Shown here: piece by piece, positions 36,425 through 48,910 of the stretch
How the letters are laid out: each line of letters begins with the position of its first letter
Position numbering within the stretch: the stretch's first letter is position 1
NCBI RefSeq assembly: GCF_000150275.1
Contig: NW_002060947.1
Span: forward strand, 5,495,229 to 5,559,228
Reading direction: 5' to 3'
DNA from: Trichoplax adhaerens
Taxonomy: Eukaryota; Animalia; Placozoa
Length of the DNA stretch: 64,000 nucleotides
Notes under the pieces: generated by a model
The model's database searches: none
The model's input: only the letters and a program-made list of their open reading frames with translations
Told to the model about the DNA's origin: nothing
Translations under genes and position numbers: made by a program

Positions 36425-36908
36425 ATTGCAATAGTTTTTGAAATCACTGTGATGTAAACTAATTTAAATTGCCTGTAGACCAATAAACTAAATTGACTTT
36501 ACAAACTACTATTAAACTGTCGATGTGAGATTTCTTTTTATTGACTAATTTTCGCGCACTTATTTTTGTCATGCATTGCCTTCCGGTATGAACTTTTAAA
36601 TTGTTGGTTTTGCCTTAATGCAAATCTATAAATATAGGAGTAGAATGTAATAGATTTAATGGAAGACTTTCCCTATTTTGTTACATCTTCGGGAATCAAT
36701 GATGCCAAAGTCTTTGTTACGAATTGTGTTAAATCCAAATAATTGCGTGTAAAATATACGCCGGTCAAATATTTCAAGTTGTCGATTTTTTATTTTTCAT
36801 GCTGTCGCTTATATAGCTTTTGTATACTCTATTACGATAATTTTCTCAGCCATGGATCAAGTATTTGCTTTTAGTTCGAAATATTAAATAGCATTCCTTA
36901 CACTATAG
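36425..36908 (+). pseudogene. Decayed duplicate of AGA last intron, last exon and 3' UTR
   Basis: Collinear with ~34670-35095. The acceptor AATATAG|GA at 36637 is retained; there is a +1 insertion (GGAAGACTTT vs GGAAAATTT) and the stop TAA has become AAA. Confidence 0.85.
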
Positions 36909-37648
36909 GTGTTTAAAATATGGACATCAAGTTATTGTAAGATGCGTATACGTATGGCTATTGCGTGCACTATGACAATCCTGTATAAGAACTTTCGTCA
37001 TGAATGATATACTAGAATAAAATATTGCTTGTTATTTTTTAATATGTGGTATAATAGGTTGGATAATAAAGTCATTAGAACAATCGCAAATAACTTATTT
37101 GGTTTACTATTATTGTACACATGTACCAACATTAGTTCTTCATCATAAACAGCCTTTACAATACAGTATACGCTTGATTGAATAGCTAACCGAAAAATAA
37201 ATTAGGGCCGATATCGTAACGTTTTGTTCAATATATTCTCACGATAGCTTCTTGATGTCGATTTATAACTGGCATATTCTCTGTTAGTGGTAAACTCAAA
37301 TGTATAAAATAAAAAAACCGAAATCAATGTGTGGGTACATTGTTATCATTACATAGTCTCTATCGCCTGTCTATTGGCAATATTATGATAATTGTTCATT
37401 CATTCTTACAAGATCATTATTTGGCATTATTATTTCGATTGAAATAGAACAGTTATTGTTTTTACAATATTACAGTGAGAGCCACACCTAAGTTTCTATA
37501 GTCTATTTCCAGTTGATTTCAAGTAATTTAATATTGATCAAACGACTCTTGAACTATTGGGAACAGTCGAAAGTAGTAGAATATAAGTGCCGCTAAGTGT
37601 ACATCTGTCGTCAGTATCATTTTCGCATAAGCGTTCTTACATGGCGTT

Positions 37649-38898
37649 ATGAGTACTCAAGAAATCGATTCATCAGAACTACCTAAAGTTCGTCAACTAG
37701 TTAACCAATTTTTATCCATTTCAATTACCCATCAGGTAAAAATATGTATTACAACATGTACAGTAGTATTATCACGTAATCAATTTATTTACAAGAAGAT
37801 TGTCATCGTTAACGAGCTCTTTATGTACTGTATGCTTTATATTTGCTATCATTTTTTTTTCGGTGGGCAATGTAGAAGAATAACTCTATAGATGATAAAA
37901 ATGAACTAGTTATCTATACTACATCGATCGGTATTATACGGGAAACTGCACAAGACTGTCAATTAGTTCGAAGTATTCTTCAAACGTTATGCCTGAAATT
38001 TATCGAGAAAGATGTTAGTATTCATCCGTTGTATTTAAAAGAATTATATGAGCGAATTGGTACCGTTAAAATTAAACTTCCTCAAACTTTTGTTGGTGGC
38101 CTCTACGTAGGGGTAAGTTAGCTATTGACTAATGTTAAAGGATAATACGTATATGATAATAATTTAAGAATTTTAAAATGAAAGTACGGTAGGTTCGTTC
38201 ACTTTATAAGACAAATTTTTATATTGAAAATCGGTTAACAATTTATGAATATGAAACTAGTATCTTATCCTCTTTGTACATTGGATGAATACAGCCGATT
38301 TTAGTAAGCAAATAGCTAATTGTTTTAATCCTCATCCACGAAAATATATAAGGGGGCAAGTGCTGTTGAATCGTTGAATGAATCTGGAAAATTGCGCGAA
38401 CTAACGACCAATTTTGAGGTAAGCGATTCATAGACTACAGCAATTACCCAACCTTGAGTAGTTCATTTCCATTCATGAATCATTTATAATTCAGAAAATT
38501 GTTTCAATACCTTGTCGATATTTTATTTCCTATCGTCCACTTTATAGTTATTATCTTTTCATGGCTTATTAAATAGTTTCAATTATTAACTAACTATTGG
38601 ATGTTTTATACGTTTGTAGAGACAAGGTGCAACGGAAATTAATTGTGCATCATGTTATGATTACCGTTTTGTACCATGCCACTCGTGCCATGGTAGTCGA
38701 CGGAATAGAAGTTCCTCTTTTAATCGAATTGCTGAACTGAAATGCGGTCAATGTAATGAAAACGGATTACAGCTATGTCCACAATGTTCTATCCCAATGC
38801 GATCAAGGGCTAATTCAGCTCCAAAGCGTCAATTTGAGAGTGAAAAACATTACAATTTACAAGTACCATGTACTAATTATACACTCAAGTTATCATAG
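37649..38898 (+). CDS. GRXCR1: Glutaredoxin-domain cysteine-rich protein (GRXCR family)
   Basis: Exons 37649-37735, 37876-38112, 38353-38418, 38620-38898. LVIYTTSIGIIRET..DC..VRSIL, LPQTFVGG.YVGG...V.SLNESGKL, and four CxxC pairs (CASC...FVPCHSCHGS...LKCGQCNENGLQLCPQC). Confidence 0.9.
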
Positions 38899-39404
38899 CT
38901 TATTAAGATTAGGAAGTTGATTAGTTTTTCAATCTCGACCTGTACCAAAGAGTAATTTCCGACTGATGATTACCACGCAACCTACCTCGACGCTAACAAA
39001 TTGGTATCTATTTCAATTTGCAATTTACAGATACTTGTATATTGTGTATAAAATGATAAAAAGGAACCATTTGTCGGTACTATCTCATGTATAGGGCGAT
39101 TGTATGCAAAAAATGATGAGTACATTCATTCTCTTCTTAATCAAAGGAATGATTTACAATGATAAAAACAGCAAGATTTATTGTGTTTGACTTTGGAATA
39201 CAAAATGGATTACAAATTGTAGTTATCAACGTATACTGGTTAAATATTATAGAATATACATTTTATAAAAGCAAGCTGAGCATCGCCATGCACGTACAGT
39301 ACGTACATGTATCCATTTTTATAATTTTATCTTTTCAAATTGCAATCACTACTGTACACTATACCATTGTTGACTGCATTCAGAGCTTGGATATAGGATA
39401 ATGA

Positions 39405-40617
39405 TTAATTTTCTTGGCCTAATGGAATAGAAAGAGAAAAAGATGGCATGATCAGTTGATATCTGTTGTCACCACTGCATTGGTAATTATAGCTAGCAGA
39501 GTACTGTATGATAGCCCTTTGAAAATTGTCTAGTAGCTGTGTTTGAAATAAAGATAAACAAAGCATAAGCTGAATATGAAGTACATGCATGAGGCTATAT
39601 GCATAATACTAATTGACATCGTGTATTGATTCACTATCAGGGTATTGTAAAAGCAATTCCATTCGTAAAGTATACCATGTTACTTGGAATAGATCGCCTA
39701 ATGAAAGTATTCTGGTTGGGGAATGCATCCAATTACCTATCCCTATTTTGAAAATCGAGATTTTACTGGGAGTTGTTCTGGTTGAAGCTAGTGTACAACC
39801 ATCACTAGTTTGTAGTTAGTGCAATGCCTTACAAATAGTAAGATTGCAGTATTTTGCGTTGCACTATTTTGCGATTGCAGTTTGAAATAGAATAATTGTA
39901 AACTACTACGATAGGAGATTGTAGCAATAGGTACGTTGTGGTGTTGATTCTACTGGTAGCAACGTGAACGTATGTCAACCGAAGAAGAAATGGATTACAA
40001 AAGTACTGTCCAACGAATGGCCTACTAGATCACCAGTAGTGCACCACCACTATACACTCATTCTAATCCTAATACGATTATGCAGTGAAAGGCGTATTGA
40101 AAATAAGCCCAAGTTGAGCGGTAGGTTATAGTGACTTTGAATACCTTTATCAGAAATGTCTTGCACCAGTCTGGTTACATAAGGTTTCATTCGCATCATT
40201 CTCTCATATCGTGCGGTGGTATTTTCTTCATATTTATGAACTTGATAGCCAATAGCCAGTCCAATCAATGTATAAAGGACATGCGTTTGTGGCTCTAAAA
40301 ATAAATCAAGCATGCATTAATAGAAGTTACTGGAGGCCTAGGATAATGTATTGATGCCATCAACGATAGCGGCTATTGAATATGATGATATCCAATTGAT
40401 TTTATCGTAAGCATTGACCACTGGCTACCCGGACTGCAGTGACCATGTCGACTGTGCACACTGTACTACTGTATATACTGTATGATGATAGCAAATCAAT
40501 CTCCTACAATTGAACGCATCGATAGTTACTTCGAAATAGACGATGATGTCTTAATCCATTGCTAAAGCAAGCTACCCATATACCACCAGCGCCAAAAAAG
40601 AGAATGGTTCGCAGCAT
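39405..40617 (-). CDS. NDUFC2: Complex I accessory subunit NDUFC2/B14.5b-like (~83 aa)
   Basis: Exons 40617-40530, 40294-40145 and a probable last exon 39418-39405 (an alternative acceptor near 39955 is possible). MLRTILFFGAGGIWVACFSNGLRHHRLFRKPQTHVLYTLIGLAIGYQVHKYEE... has two TM helices separated by SN.LR...F..P..HV, as recalled for B14.5b. Confidence 0.7.
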
Positions 40618-40733
40618 ATTCACCAAGAGAAAGAAGAAATTGAAAAAGTGGCAAGATGGCGACAGCAGCACTGGTTCAGTGGTTGCGATCAGCCTGCAGT
40701 CTAGTGCTTTGGCTTGGACAGGCCGCGTCGAGA

Positions 40734-41232
40734 CTACAGTACAGTACACTGTAGTCTGGACCTCTGTACTGTACAGTACAGTACACTGGACGCTGCACAG
40801 TACGCTACACTTTACACTGTACACTGTAGGCACTTTGAATACTGTACAGTACAGTACAGTACAGTACTGAGTACTGTACGTCGACGACTAAAAAGAATCA
40901 CAGAATCTGTATGGCGTACAGTACAGTACAACCATTACCTTGATTAACCTGTACTGCTGTACAGGATGAGTACAGTACAACGGACCAATATACACTATTG
41001 TACAGTACTGTACTGTACAGTATAGTCTTCCAGAGCAGTACAGACGGTACCGTACAGTACTGTAATGTACAGTACAGTGTACAGTGTACTGTGTCGGTGA
41101 ATACACTGTGCACTGTACACTGTAAACGAGCATTCTTATAGTACACTGTATGGACTCTTTTACGCCCGTACTGGACTCTACTGAATGGAGCAAACGTGAG
41201 CCAATGACTTTTGTACGTTGCAGTACTGCACT
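40734..41232. repeat. Large ACAGT/TACTG pentamer island (putative promoter of the NDUFC2-like gene)
   Basis: Dense CAGTA/TACTG/TGTACA runs, e.g. ACTGTACAGTACAGTACAGTACAGTACTG, beginning about 120 bp upstream of the ATG. Confidence 0.85.
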
Positions 41233-41481
41233 GGATAACTCGACTAAATCATCCATTGAAAGTCGAACATGCGACACTCTCCAGTGATGTAGAATGCAGC
41301 TCCAAATGGCTAACCTACTGTAGGCTAGCTGACCGCTGCAAAATGGCCAGATAAACTACTGGAAAGGCAATAGTTTCGTTATCCCTGCTACGAAGTAGTC
41401 ACTTCTGCCAACAATATCGGGTTGACTTTATTTTTTACCTCGGCTAACTCATCTCTTGACCGTCCATTTTCCATTAGCTGA

Positions 41482-41940
41482 TAGGCATACTGTACAGTAC
41501 TGTCGTAATCGGCTTCTGTTCTGCGACCATAGTCTTTTCTTGCAGGGTTGTCATTTGAGCAAGTACTTTGCTACTATTTTACAACACATGATTCTATCTT
41601 GTAGGCATACTGTACTGTCGTAATCGGCTTATGTTCTGCGACCATAGTCTTTTCTTGCAGGGTTGTCATTTGAGCAAGTACTCTGCTACTATTTTACAAC
41701 ACATGATTTTATCTTGTAGGCATACTGTACTGTCGTAATCGGCTTATGTTCTGCGACCATAGTCTTTTCTTGCAGGGTTGTCATTTGAGCAAGTACTTTG
41801 CTACTATTTTACAACACATGATTCTATCTTGTAGGCATACTGTACTGTCGTAATCGGCTTATGTTCTGCGACCATAGTCTTTTCTTGCAGGGTTGTCATT
41901 GAGCAAGTACTTTGCTACTATTTTACAACACATGATTTTG
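41482..41940. repeat. Tandem repeat, 115-bp unit, 4 near-identical copies
   Basis: TAGGCATACTGTAC...GTCGTAATCGGCTT...TTTTACAACACATGATT at 41482, 41602, 41717 and 41832; copy 1 carries an extra ACAGT. Confidence 0.95.
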
Positions 41941-44327
41941 TACGGACCACAGAATTGGCTGACTTGCAAGTCAGCCAATTACCTTTTTCTTCTTCAAAAG
42001 CCTCTGGTCTGGTCAAGGATTTACAAAAACAGAAAATGGTCTGGTCTGGTGCTACAGGACTGCATCAGACATGGCGCAGACAACTGCATTCTACAAGTCT
42101 ACTAAAGTGTCCAAAATTGCACAACGTGTACAACAATCTTTGCAATAACAAACTGCGCAAACACACAATCCATCGGTTACGGATGCTCCTTCATAAGTCT
42201 ATCGTTGGACTCGATTTTTATAGTACAGTATAGCAATAAGTTGGTTTTCCTTTAGTCAAGATCTCCGCAGTTAGCCAGGGAACCTGAAGAGTAGACAGTT
42301 TACTTTAGGGTCGATCACCAAAGCTCTTTTGTGATACCATCCTAAAAGTAGACGATGATGCTTATGTTGATCCCTTTGCCCACAGCTTACCACCTGACCT
42401 GGTCCTATCAACCTGGTCGTGATAACATGGACTACTCAAAAGAAAAAGTGAGTAGTCCTTGGTGGTAGCATGCCATGGAGACAGAATATTTTTTGCAAAG
42501 CATGTGCTAATGTACAATGTATAAACCGGATGACAATTATTGAGGAGTGGCTGCTCCAACCCATTCAACCACATCGGTAGTACTGTAAAATAGAAAGAAT
42601 TCATGCCGATGGTGATCTCAATCATCCTACAGAGTGCGCAATCATAAAGAAAAGTCGTTAATTGACTTAGTGTTGTTGAATAGTCGCAGCATGTGCTCTC
42701 GCTACTACGTGTTGTCTGTCTTCTCTCGCATTTTATATCTTTCTTCTTTTTGCAGTAATCCCGCCCTAACTGCCCTGTCTGGTAATCCTCACGTATTCCA
42801 GCATTGCTGCAGGTGGGCACTTCAATGAATCAATCAATCACTTGTTTGCATCGCACTGTATCCTACATATCTGTCTATTCAAACTCTACTTCATCACCTT
42901 TTGCGTCTGTACTGCTCATGGAGTACTGCAGACATTCACCGACGCCTTTCTATTATTTAGATACCCCTCCAACCTAGCTTCTATTTACAACATTACAATC
43001 AGCCATTAGAGGACCTTCAACGAGACTATGTATGATTGAATGTCTATGGATCGGAGTGGCAGTCTTTGCTCATAAAGTACAAGGAATTTTCATTTGTAAT
43101 TTACCGTTTGCCCATAAGAAGACATCCAGCTAGACGGCGTACAATTAAAAGTCAAAGTGACTGTTGTTCCTCATCAATTAAAAAATGGAGCTTCCTTTGG
43201 CCCACAAGTCACAACAGGGCGTTCAACTAGACTAGGCACAATTGCAAGTTTATGAGACGGAGTGATAGTCGTTTCTTAATCAAGGTTAAAATGAGCTTCC
43301 GTTGATAACATTCTAGTTACCTCGTATAGAAAGAGAGAGATTCTATATACAAATATAATATAAAATTCAGTATAATCAAGCAATCGGTGTACTAGTCGTT
43401 TCTTAACAAATTAAATTAATTACAGTACTGTACACTAAAAAGGAGTTTACATGGATAATATCATTTTGGCCCAAAAAGTCAAGGACTGAGCGATGCCAAG
43501 AGCTATCAATTAAACTACGGCGATTGACCGTCCCAATTGTCGATAGATCGGTGTAGCTATCATTTTATCGCAAAATAAGGGATTCAAAATGGAGCTGATT
43601 TATACAGTAGAACTGATCTGCATTCGGTAGTATTCTCAACTGCATGCGGTGAGACATCGTTACCTTCTCCAACGCAACAGTAAAAAAATTGCACTGTCTC
43701 ATATTGCGAATATGCCACAATGTATCCTGCTATCATCTGTACTGAAATTAAAAGAATTATTGCAGTTTAGAGGCATGTGGTAACGCTATAGACAATCGCT
43801 CAGTATTGCTTATACACCTAAAATAATCACTTAATTATTGATAAATCGCCAAATTATTCTATCCCAAAAGAGATTTCGAGCTACAGGGATTGGCCCCTCC
43901 GTCAGAGTGATAATTATTTTCGTCATACGTGTAAAATCAGATTGAATTAAAACCGCCTGGTAAATCAAGCTGATCGCGGCCATGGCAATGAGTTCTTACT
44001 GTAGATATAGAATTATTCGTATAGCTATAACTACAACCGCCATACCAAATGTTTATGATTTTATAGCAGCGGTTACATGACGAAATGTGCCTATTCAAGA
44101 CCAGTATTTCAGCGTAGATTGCACTGCGTACAATCAGCAAATTCTAGAACAGCACCCGTCAAACGTGATGAACTTTTTCTTTGCGATGTACAGTAACTTA
44201 GTAGTCCGCAGAATAAAGGTTAATACGCATAGTTCACTGTCCAACGACCATTTTGGAGCAAGAAGTTTCTCACAATGTTTCTGGGCTACTTTCAGCTACT
44301 TTATCATTAACTAAATGTGACCTAGCA

Positions 44328-44645
44328 ACATATTAATAACCCCTTGCCTTAGGAAAATCTTCATTTTTGCGGATGTGACAAAATAATCTCCTTAACATTC
44401 ATGGATGCTATAAATGTAATACAATTTCATTTTTATTTCCCTACTGCATTCGATCATATCGAATTGAGACTGCGATATTCCTACATATTAATAACCTCTT
44501 GCTTTAGGAAAATCTTCATTTTTGCGAATATGACAAATAATCTCCTTAACATTCATGGATGCTATAAATGTAATACAATTTCATTTTTATTTCCCTACTG
44601 CATTCGATCATATCGAATCGAGACAGCGATATTCCTACATATTAA
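44328..44645. repeat. Tandem duplication, ~155 bp x2
   Basis: ACATATTAATAACC..TTGC.TTAGGAAAATCTTC...GCGATATTCCT at 44328 and 44483. Confidence 0.9.
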
Positions 44646-45379
44646 ATTACTAAAATATAATGATATGATAACTTCTTCTATTAAACGTACCCTGGGTTCA
44701 GTTTAGAAGACGAAATAAAACTTGTAAGAAGTATAAGAAATAATGCTTGCCATACTTGACATTATCAGTATAACATATATAAAATATATGCGCAACTTTG
44801 TGAGTATCAAGCAAGCATTTCCCTTTAATCAATTGCTTAGTTCCGTCAATATTCAATACAGCTTGCTATTGACTATCAGGGATATCTGAAAAAGCATGTC
44901 TAAATGAAATACGGGTATAGGCTACGAGAAGGGTGTTTATATCCTAATACAAGTATACAGTACACTATTGACTATGGCTGCCTTAATTCACAAGTCGGCT
45001 AGAAAAACTTCAAAAGATAAACACAAAAAGTGCGCCATCACTTTTAAAATATATCACACCGATGATACTAAAAAGGTTGTTTAACATATGCAACTTAAAA
45101 TATCTTGACTTTATTTTGCAAATATCATAATAAAAATAGAAGCCCTCGTTCTACTGTATTATCTACTGTCTTATCATTTCCACGAATAAAATAGTTTCAA
45201 ATGCACTATAATAGCTATATCGAAAAATAGGCGATATCATTGTACAATAAATTCAAATTAAAACATAAAATAAAAATGACTATACTGCCTCTATTGAATA
45301 ATTCGGATAGAATCTTCATCATAAGATGTTATACTAGCTCAATGCGCATTATTCCTTGGAAACTTGAAAACACTGTTCA

Positions 45380-48300
45380 TTAAGATTTACTGTTGATAAT
45401 CTTGTTTGTATGGCGATGCTTGTTAAAACTTTTATGATGTGCTGGAGAAGGTCGATCGATTGTGATAGAAGGAGATGTTGTAGGCTCAGAGATATTCAAG
45501 TTTAACTTAGTATTAAAATCTAAAACAGAATCCTTCTCCTTCGAAATAGCATTCGTTTTAGTTTGGCAATTATCCAACCTTCCATTTCGCAATTTAACGG
45601 ACTTGTCATACATAGTCTTTGCAGATTCATGGTTATTTTGCAACTCATAAATTGCTCCAAGATTATCGTAAGATTGGACAAGATTCGTGTCATCTTTATC
45701 CAGTAATTTTAGTTGAATTTTTAAGCACTGATGATGCATAGTAAGCGCATCTTCATATTGACCTTGCAATCGATAAACTAATCCTATATTGTTATACGAT
45801 TGAGCTATTTCTAAATGATTCCCATCAGATAATATCGACTGTCGAATTTCCAACGCTAATTTATAATTTAATAAAGCATCATCGTATTTACCCATTCGAT
45901 AACACAACCATCCAATATTATCATGGCAATCAATGACATCAGCATGATTCTTTCTACTTAAATTAGATAAAATTTTTGAATATTTTTGATATGCTACTAC
46001 AGCTTGGTGATATTGATGTTGTATTTGATATATTGATATTATATTCAAGTAAGCATCTAAAAGTGCAGAGTCATTTTCTGCAGCACAGTGTAGTCGAATT
46101 TGAATTGATTTATCATACATAGACAAGGCATCATCATAACACTTCTGCACTTGATAGATTGATGCTAGATTGAAATAAAGCTCAGCACAATTCGTATTAT
46201 TCTCACCATAATGATGAATTTGAATACTGAGAGCTTGCTGATACATTTCTACAGCTTGACTATATTGACCTTGTTGATTATAGACATAAGCGATATTATT
46301 ATAAGATTGTAATAAAATAGCACTGTTATTTCCTACTACTTCCAACCTGATTTTCAAGGATTTTTGATACGTTAATAAAGCAATCTCATATTTGTTTTGT
46401 AGTTGATATGCAGTAGCAAGATTGTTATAAGTGGTTGCAACTTCAATATTAATCTCCTCTAATAATTGCAACTGAATACGTAAACATTTTTCAAACATGG
46501 ATATTGCGAGATCATATGTTTCTTGATACAGATACACTACACCAATATTATTATAAGAATCCGCTACATCGAGATGATTTTCATTATATTTTTCCAATTT
46601 TATATTTAAGGATTGACGATGCATAGTTAAGCAGTGATGATAATCTTCTTGTAATCGATATACTAAAGCCAAGTTATTGTAGAATGTAGCAAGGCTGATA
46701 TCATTTTTTCCCTTCAATTTTAATTGCATATTTAATCCTTTTTCTAAGCTTTGAATAGCTTCATCATATTGGCCAAGGGATCGATAAACTAAACCCAAAC
46801 TATGATAACTTTCGGATAATTGTTGATGGCAATTGCCTAAACGGTTTTGGCGAATTTTTAAACATTTCTGAAGTATTGTGATTGCTCGATTAAGACGACC
46901 TAATGAATAATAACTTAAACCAATGTTGTAGTAACATTGAGCTATATCTAAATGGTCCTCATCTAAAATTTGTTCTCTTACTTTCAACGATTCTTGATAC
47001 TGATCTAATGCTTCATCGTGTTGTAACTTTGCTGAATGAATTAATCCAATATTATTATAAATTGAAGCCAAGTGAAGATTATTGGATCCAAGAGATTGCA
47101 AATAAATATCGATCGATTTTTGATACATGGATAAGGCATCATCATATTGCTTTTGCTTGTAATAAACTAATCCCATATTATTGTACAAGCCAGCAACATC
47201 CAATTGATTAATATCAATCTTGCGATTATCTTGTATATCCATTGATTTTTGATAATATTCTAACGCTTGGTTATAATTGTCTTGTAAATAATGGATTAAC
47301 GCAATAGCACTGTAGATGATAGCAACGACTAAATCGATTCCTCCCTCAGTTTGCCGTTTTTGTCTAATGGCAAGAGCTTTTTGCAACTTATCCATAGCCT
47401 CATCATATTTTGCAAATATCCGATAGACTAATGCCATATTATAATAGGTATCAGCAACATCTAAACTATCTTCACCTAATAATTTAAGTCGAATTTTCAA
47501 GCAATCACGAAATATAGACAAGGCATCCATATGTTTACATTGTAAGTAATAGATTAATCCAATATTATTGTAAGATGCAGCGACTAATAAATTGTCATTA
47601 CCAAGTAATTTTAACTTAATTTTAAGTGAACGACGATGAGTAGACAAGGCTTTGCTATATTGTCCTTGTGCTTGATAAATTAATGCAATATTATTGTTAA
47701 TAGCTGCAACATGGATGCTGTTTTTATCTAAAAATTTTAATTGATCATCCAGTTGTTGCTGGAGAATTTTGAATGCTTCATCATATTTTCCTTGAGATCG
47801 ATAAACAAGTGCCATATTATTATAAAATTGTAAATTGTGTATGCAAGGTCCATCTGTCATTTTATCCAGAATTTGGATACATTTTTGATAGAGTTCGATA
47901 GCTTGATCATAATGACCTTGTAGATATTTTAACCAGCCAATACTGTTATAACATTGAGCAACAGCGTAACATGTCTCACCAATGATGACCCTATATGTGT
48001 TTAAACTTTGATCAATTAGAGCTAAAGCCTCATCATATCGACCACCATGGATATAAATATCAGCTAAAATATGATGAGATTGAGCAACATCTAGACTTTG
48101 ATGGCCAAGAATTTCTTGTTGTATATTTAACGATTTCTGAATCATAATTTCGGCTTGTTCATACTTTCCCTGAAGTTGATAAGTTGTAGCAATATGATGA
48201 TAGGAATCAGCAACCAGTAAACTCCGCTGGCCGGTAATGGAAAGATCGATATTCAACGCTTTCTGCTGAGTGCTTAGTGCATCATCTAATTTACCCTGCA

Positions 48301-48910
48301 ATTGGTTGATTAATCCAATATTATGATAAGAACTGGCCAGATATAAATTTTCTTCTCCAAATAAACGACTAAAAATAGCCGAAGATTGTTGATGCATCAA
48401 GATTGCGTCTTGATTTTTGCCTTGATGGTAATAAACTAATCCGATGGCGCGATAAGTTTTAGCCATATCAAAACTGCACTCAGATTGATCCTGTAAGGCT
48501 TGAGATTGGATTTCTAACGCTTTCTCATGATTTACTAAAGCATCATGATATCGACCTTGTAAGCAACAAATACTGCCAATATTATTATAGCAGTGTGTTA
48601 TAGCTACGTTATCTTCTTCATGAACTGATTGATGGAGTTGAAATGATTGTTGATAATTTTCCATAGCCAATTGATATTTCCCCATCATACGATTAATATG
48701 TCCTCGATGATCGCAGCAATCAGCAATTTTAATTTTATCGCCTAGCTTTGACGCAATCTGGTAAGATATTTCACAATATTTCAAGGCTTCTTCAAACTTG
48801 TACTGCTTGCAATGCGTTTGCGAAATATAAATGTAGCGATCGCAAGCCGTAGAGCCTTGTAGTGAATAATCTATTACTTCACTGTCTACTTTTTTGCTGT
48901 CCTTACCCAT
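45380..48910 (-). CDS. Intronless TPR-only protein (1176 aa, about 26 42-aa TPR repeats)
   Basis: Uninterrupted ORF of A.SYNNIG.VY..QG.Y..AL..HQK.L.I....LG...L.V repeats, with a short S/T/H-rich tail and no P-loop. Confidence 0.92.
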   Translation of the reverse strand: MGKDSKKVDSEVIDYSLQGSTACDRYIYISQTHCKQYKFEEALKYCEISYQIASKLGDKIKIADCCDHRGHINRMMGKYQLAMENYQQSFQLHQSVHEEDNVAITHCYNNIGSICCLQGRYHDALVNHEKALEIQSQALQDQSECSFDMAKTYRAIGLVYYHQGKNQDAILMHQQSSAIFSRLFGEENLYLASSYHNIGLINQLQGKLDDALSTQQKALNIDLSITGQRSLLVADSYHHIATTYQLQGKYEQAEIMIQKSLNIQQEILGHQSLDVAQSHHILADIYIHGGRYDEALALIDQSLNTYRVIIGETCYAVAQCYNSIGWLKYLQGHYDQAIELYQKCIQILDKMTDGPCIHNLQFYNNMALVYRSQGKYDEAFKILQQQLDDQLKFLDKNSIHVAAINNNIALIYQAQGQYSKALSTHRRSLKIKLKLLGNDNLLVAASYNNIGLIYYLQCKHMDALSIFRDCLKIRLKLLGEDSLDVADTYYNMALVYRIFAKYDEAMDKLQKALAIRQKRQTEGGIDLVVAIIYSAIALIHYLQDNYNQALEYYQKSMDIQDNRKIDINQLDVAGLYNNMGLVYYKQKQYDDALSMYQKSIDIYLQSLGSNNLHLASIYNNIGLIHSAKLQHDEALDQYQESLKVREQILDEDHLDIAQCYYNIGLSYYSLGRLNRAITILQKCLKIRQNRLGNCHQQLSESYHSLGLVYRSLGQYDEAIQSLEKGLNMQLKLKGKNDISLATFYNNLALVYRLQEDYHHCLTMHRQSLNIKLEKYNENHLDVADSYNNIGVVYLYQETYDLAISMFEKCLRIQLQLLEEINIEVATTYNNLATAYQLQNKYEIALLTYQKSLKIRLEVVGNNSAILLQSYNNIAYVYNQQGQYSQAVEMYQQALSIQIHHYGENNTNCAELYFNLASIYQVQKCYDDALSMYDKSIQIRLHCAAENDSALLDAYLNIISIYQIQHQYHQAVVAYQKYSKILSNLSRKNHADVIDCHDNIGWLCYRMGKYDDALLNYKLALEIRQSILSDGNHLEIAQSYNNIGLVYRLQGQYEDALTMHHQCLKIQLKLLDKDDTNLVQSYDNLGAIYELQNNHESAKTMYDKSVKLRNGRLDNCQTKTNAISKEKDSVLDFNTKLNLNISEPTTSPSITIDRPSPAHHKSFNKHRHTNKIINSKS

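Noticed and set aside
40504-41277. Several overlapping 77-129 aa ORFs rich in TVQYS/CTV
   Set aside because: These are translation artifacts of the ACAGT pentamer island; only 40617-40530 is a credible exon
42240-43320. 152-aa minus-strand ORF and a 10-bp hairpin (42429-42458)
   Set aside because: No protein-like features; it could be a lncRNA or TE debris but this cannot be supported
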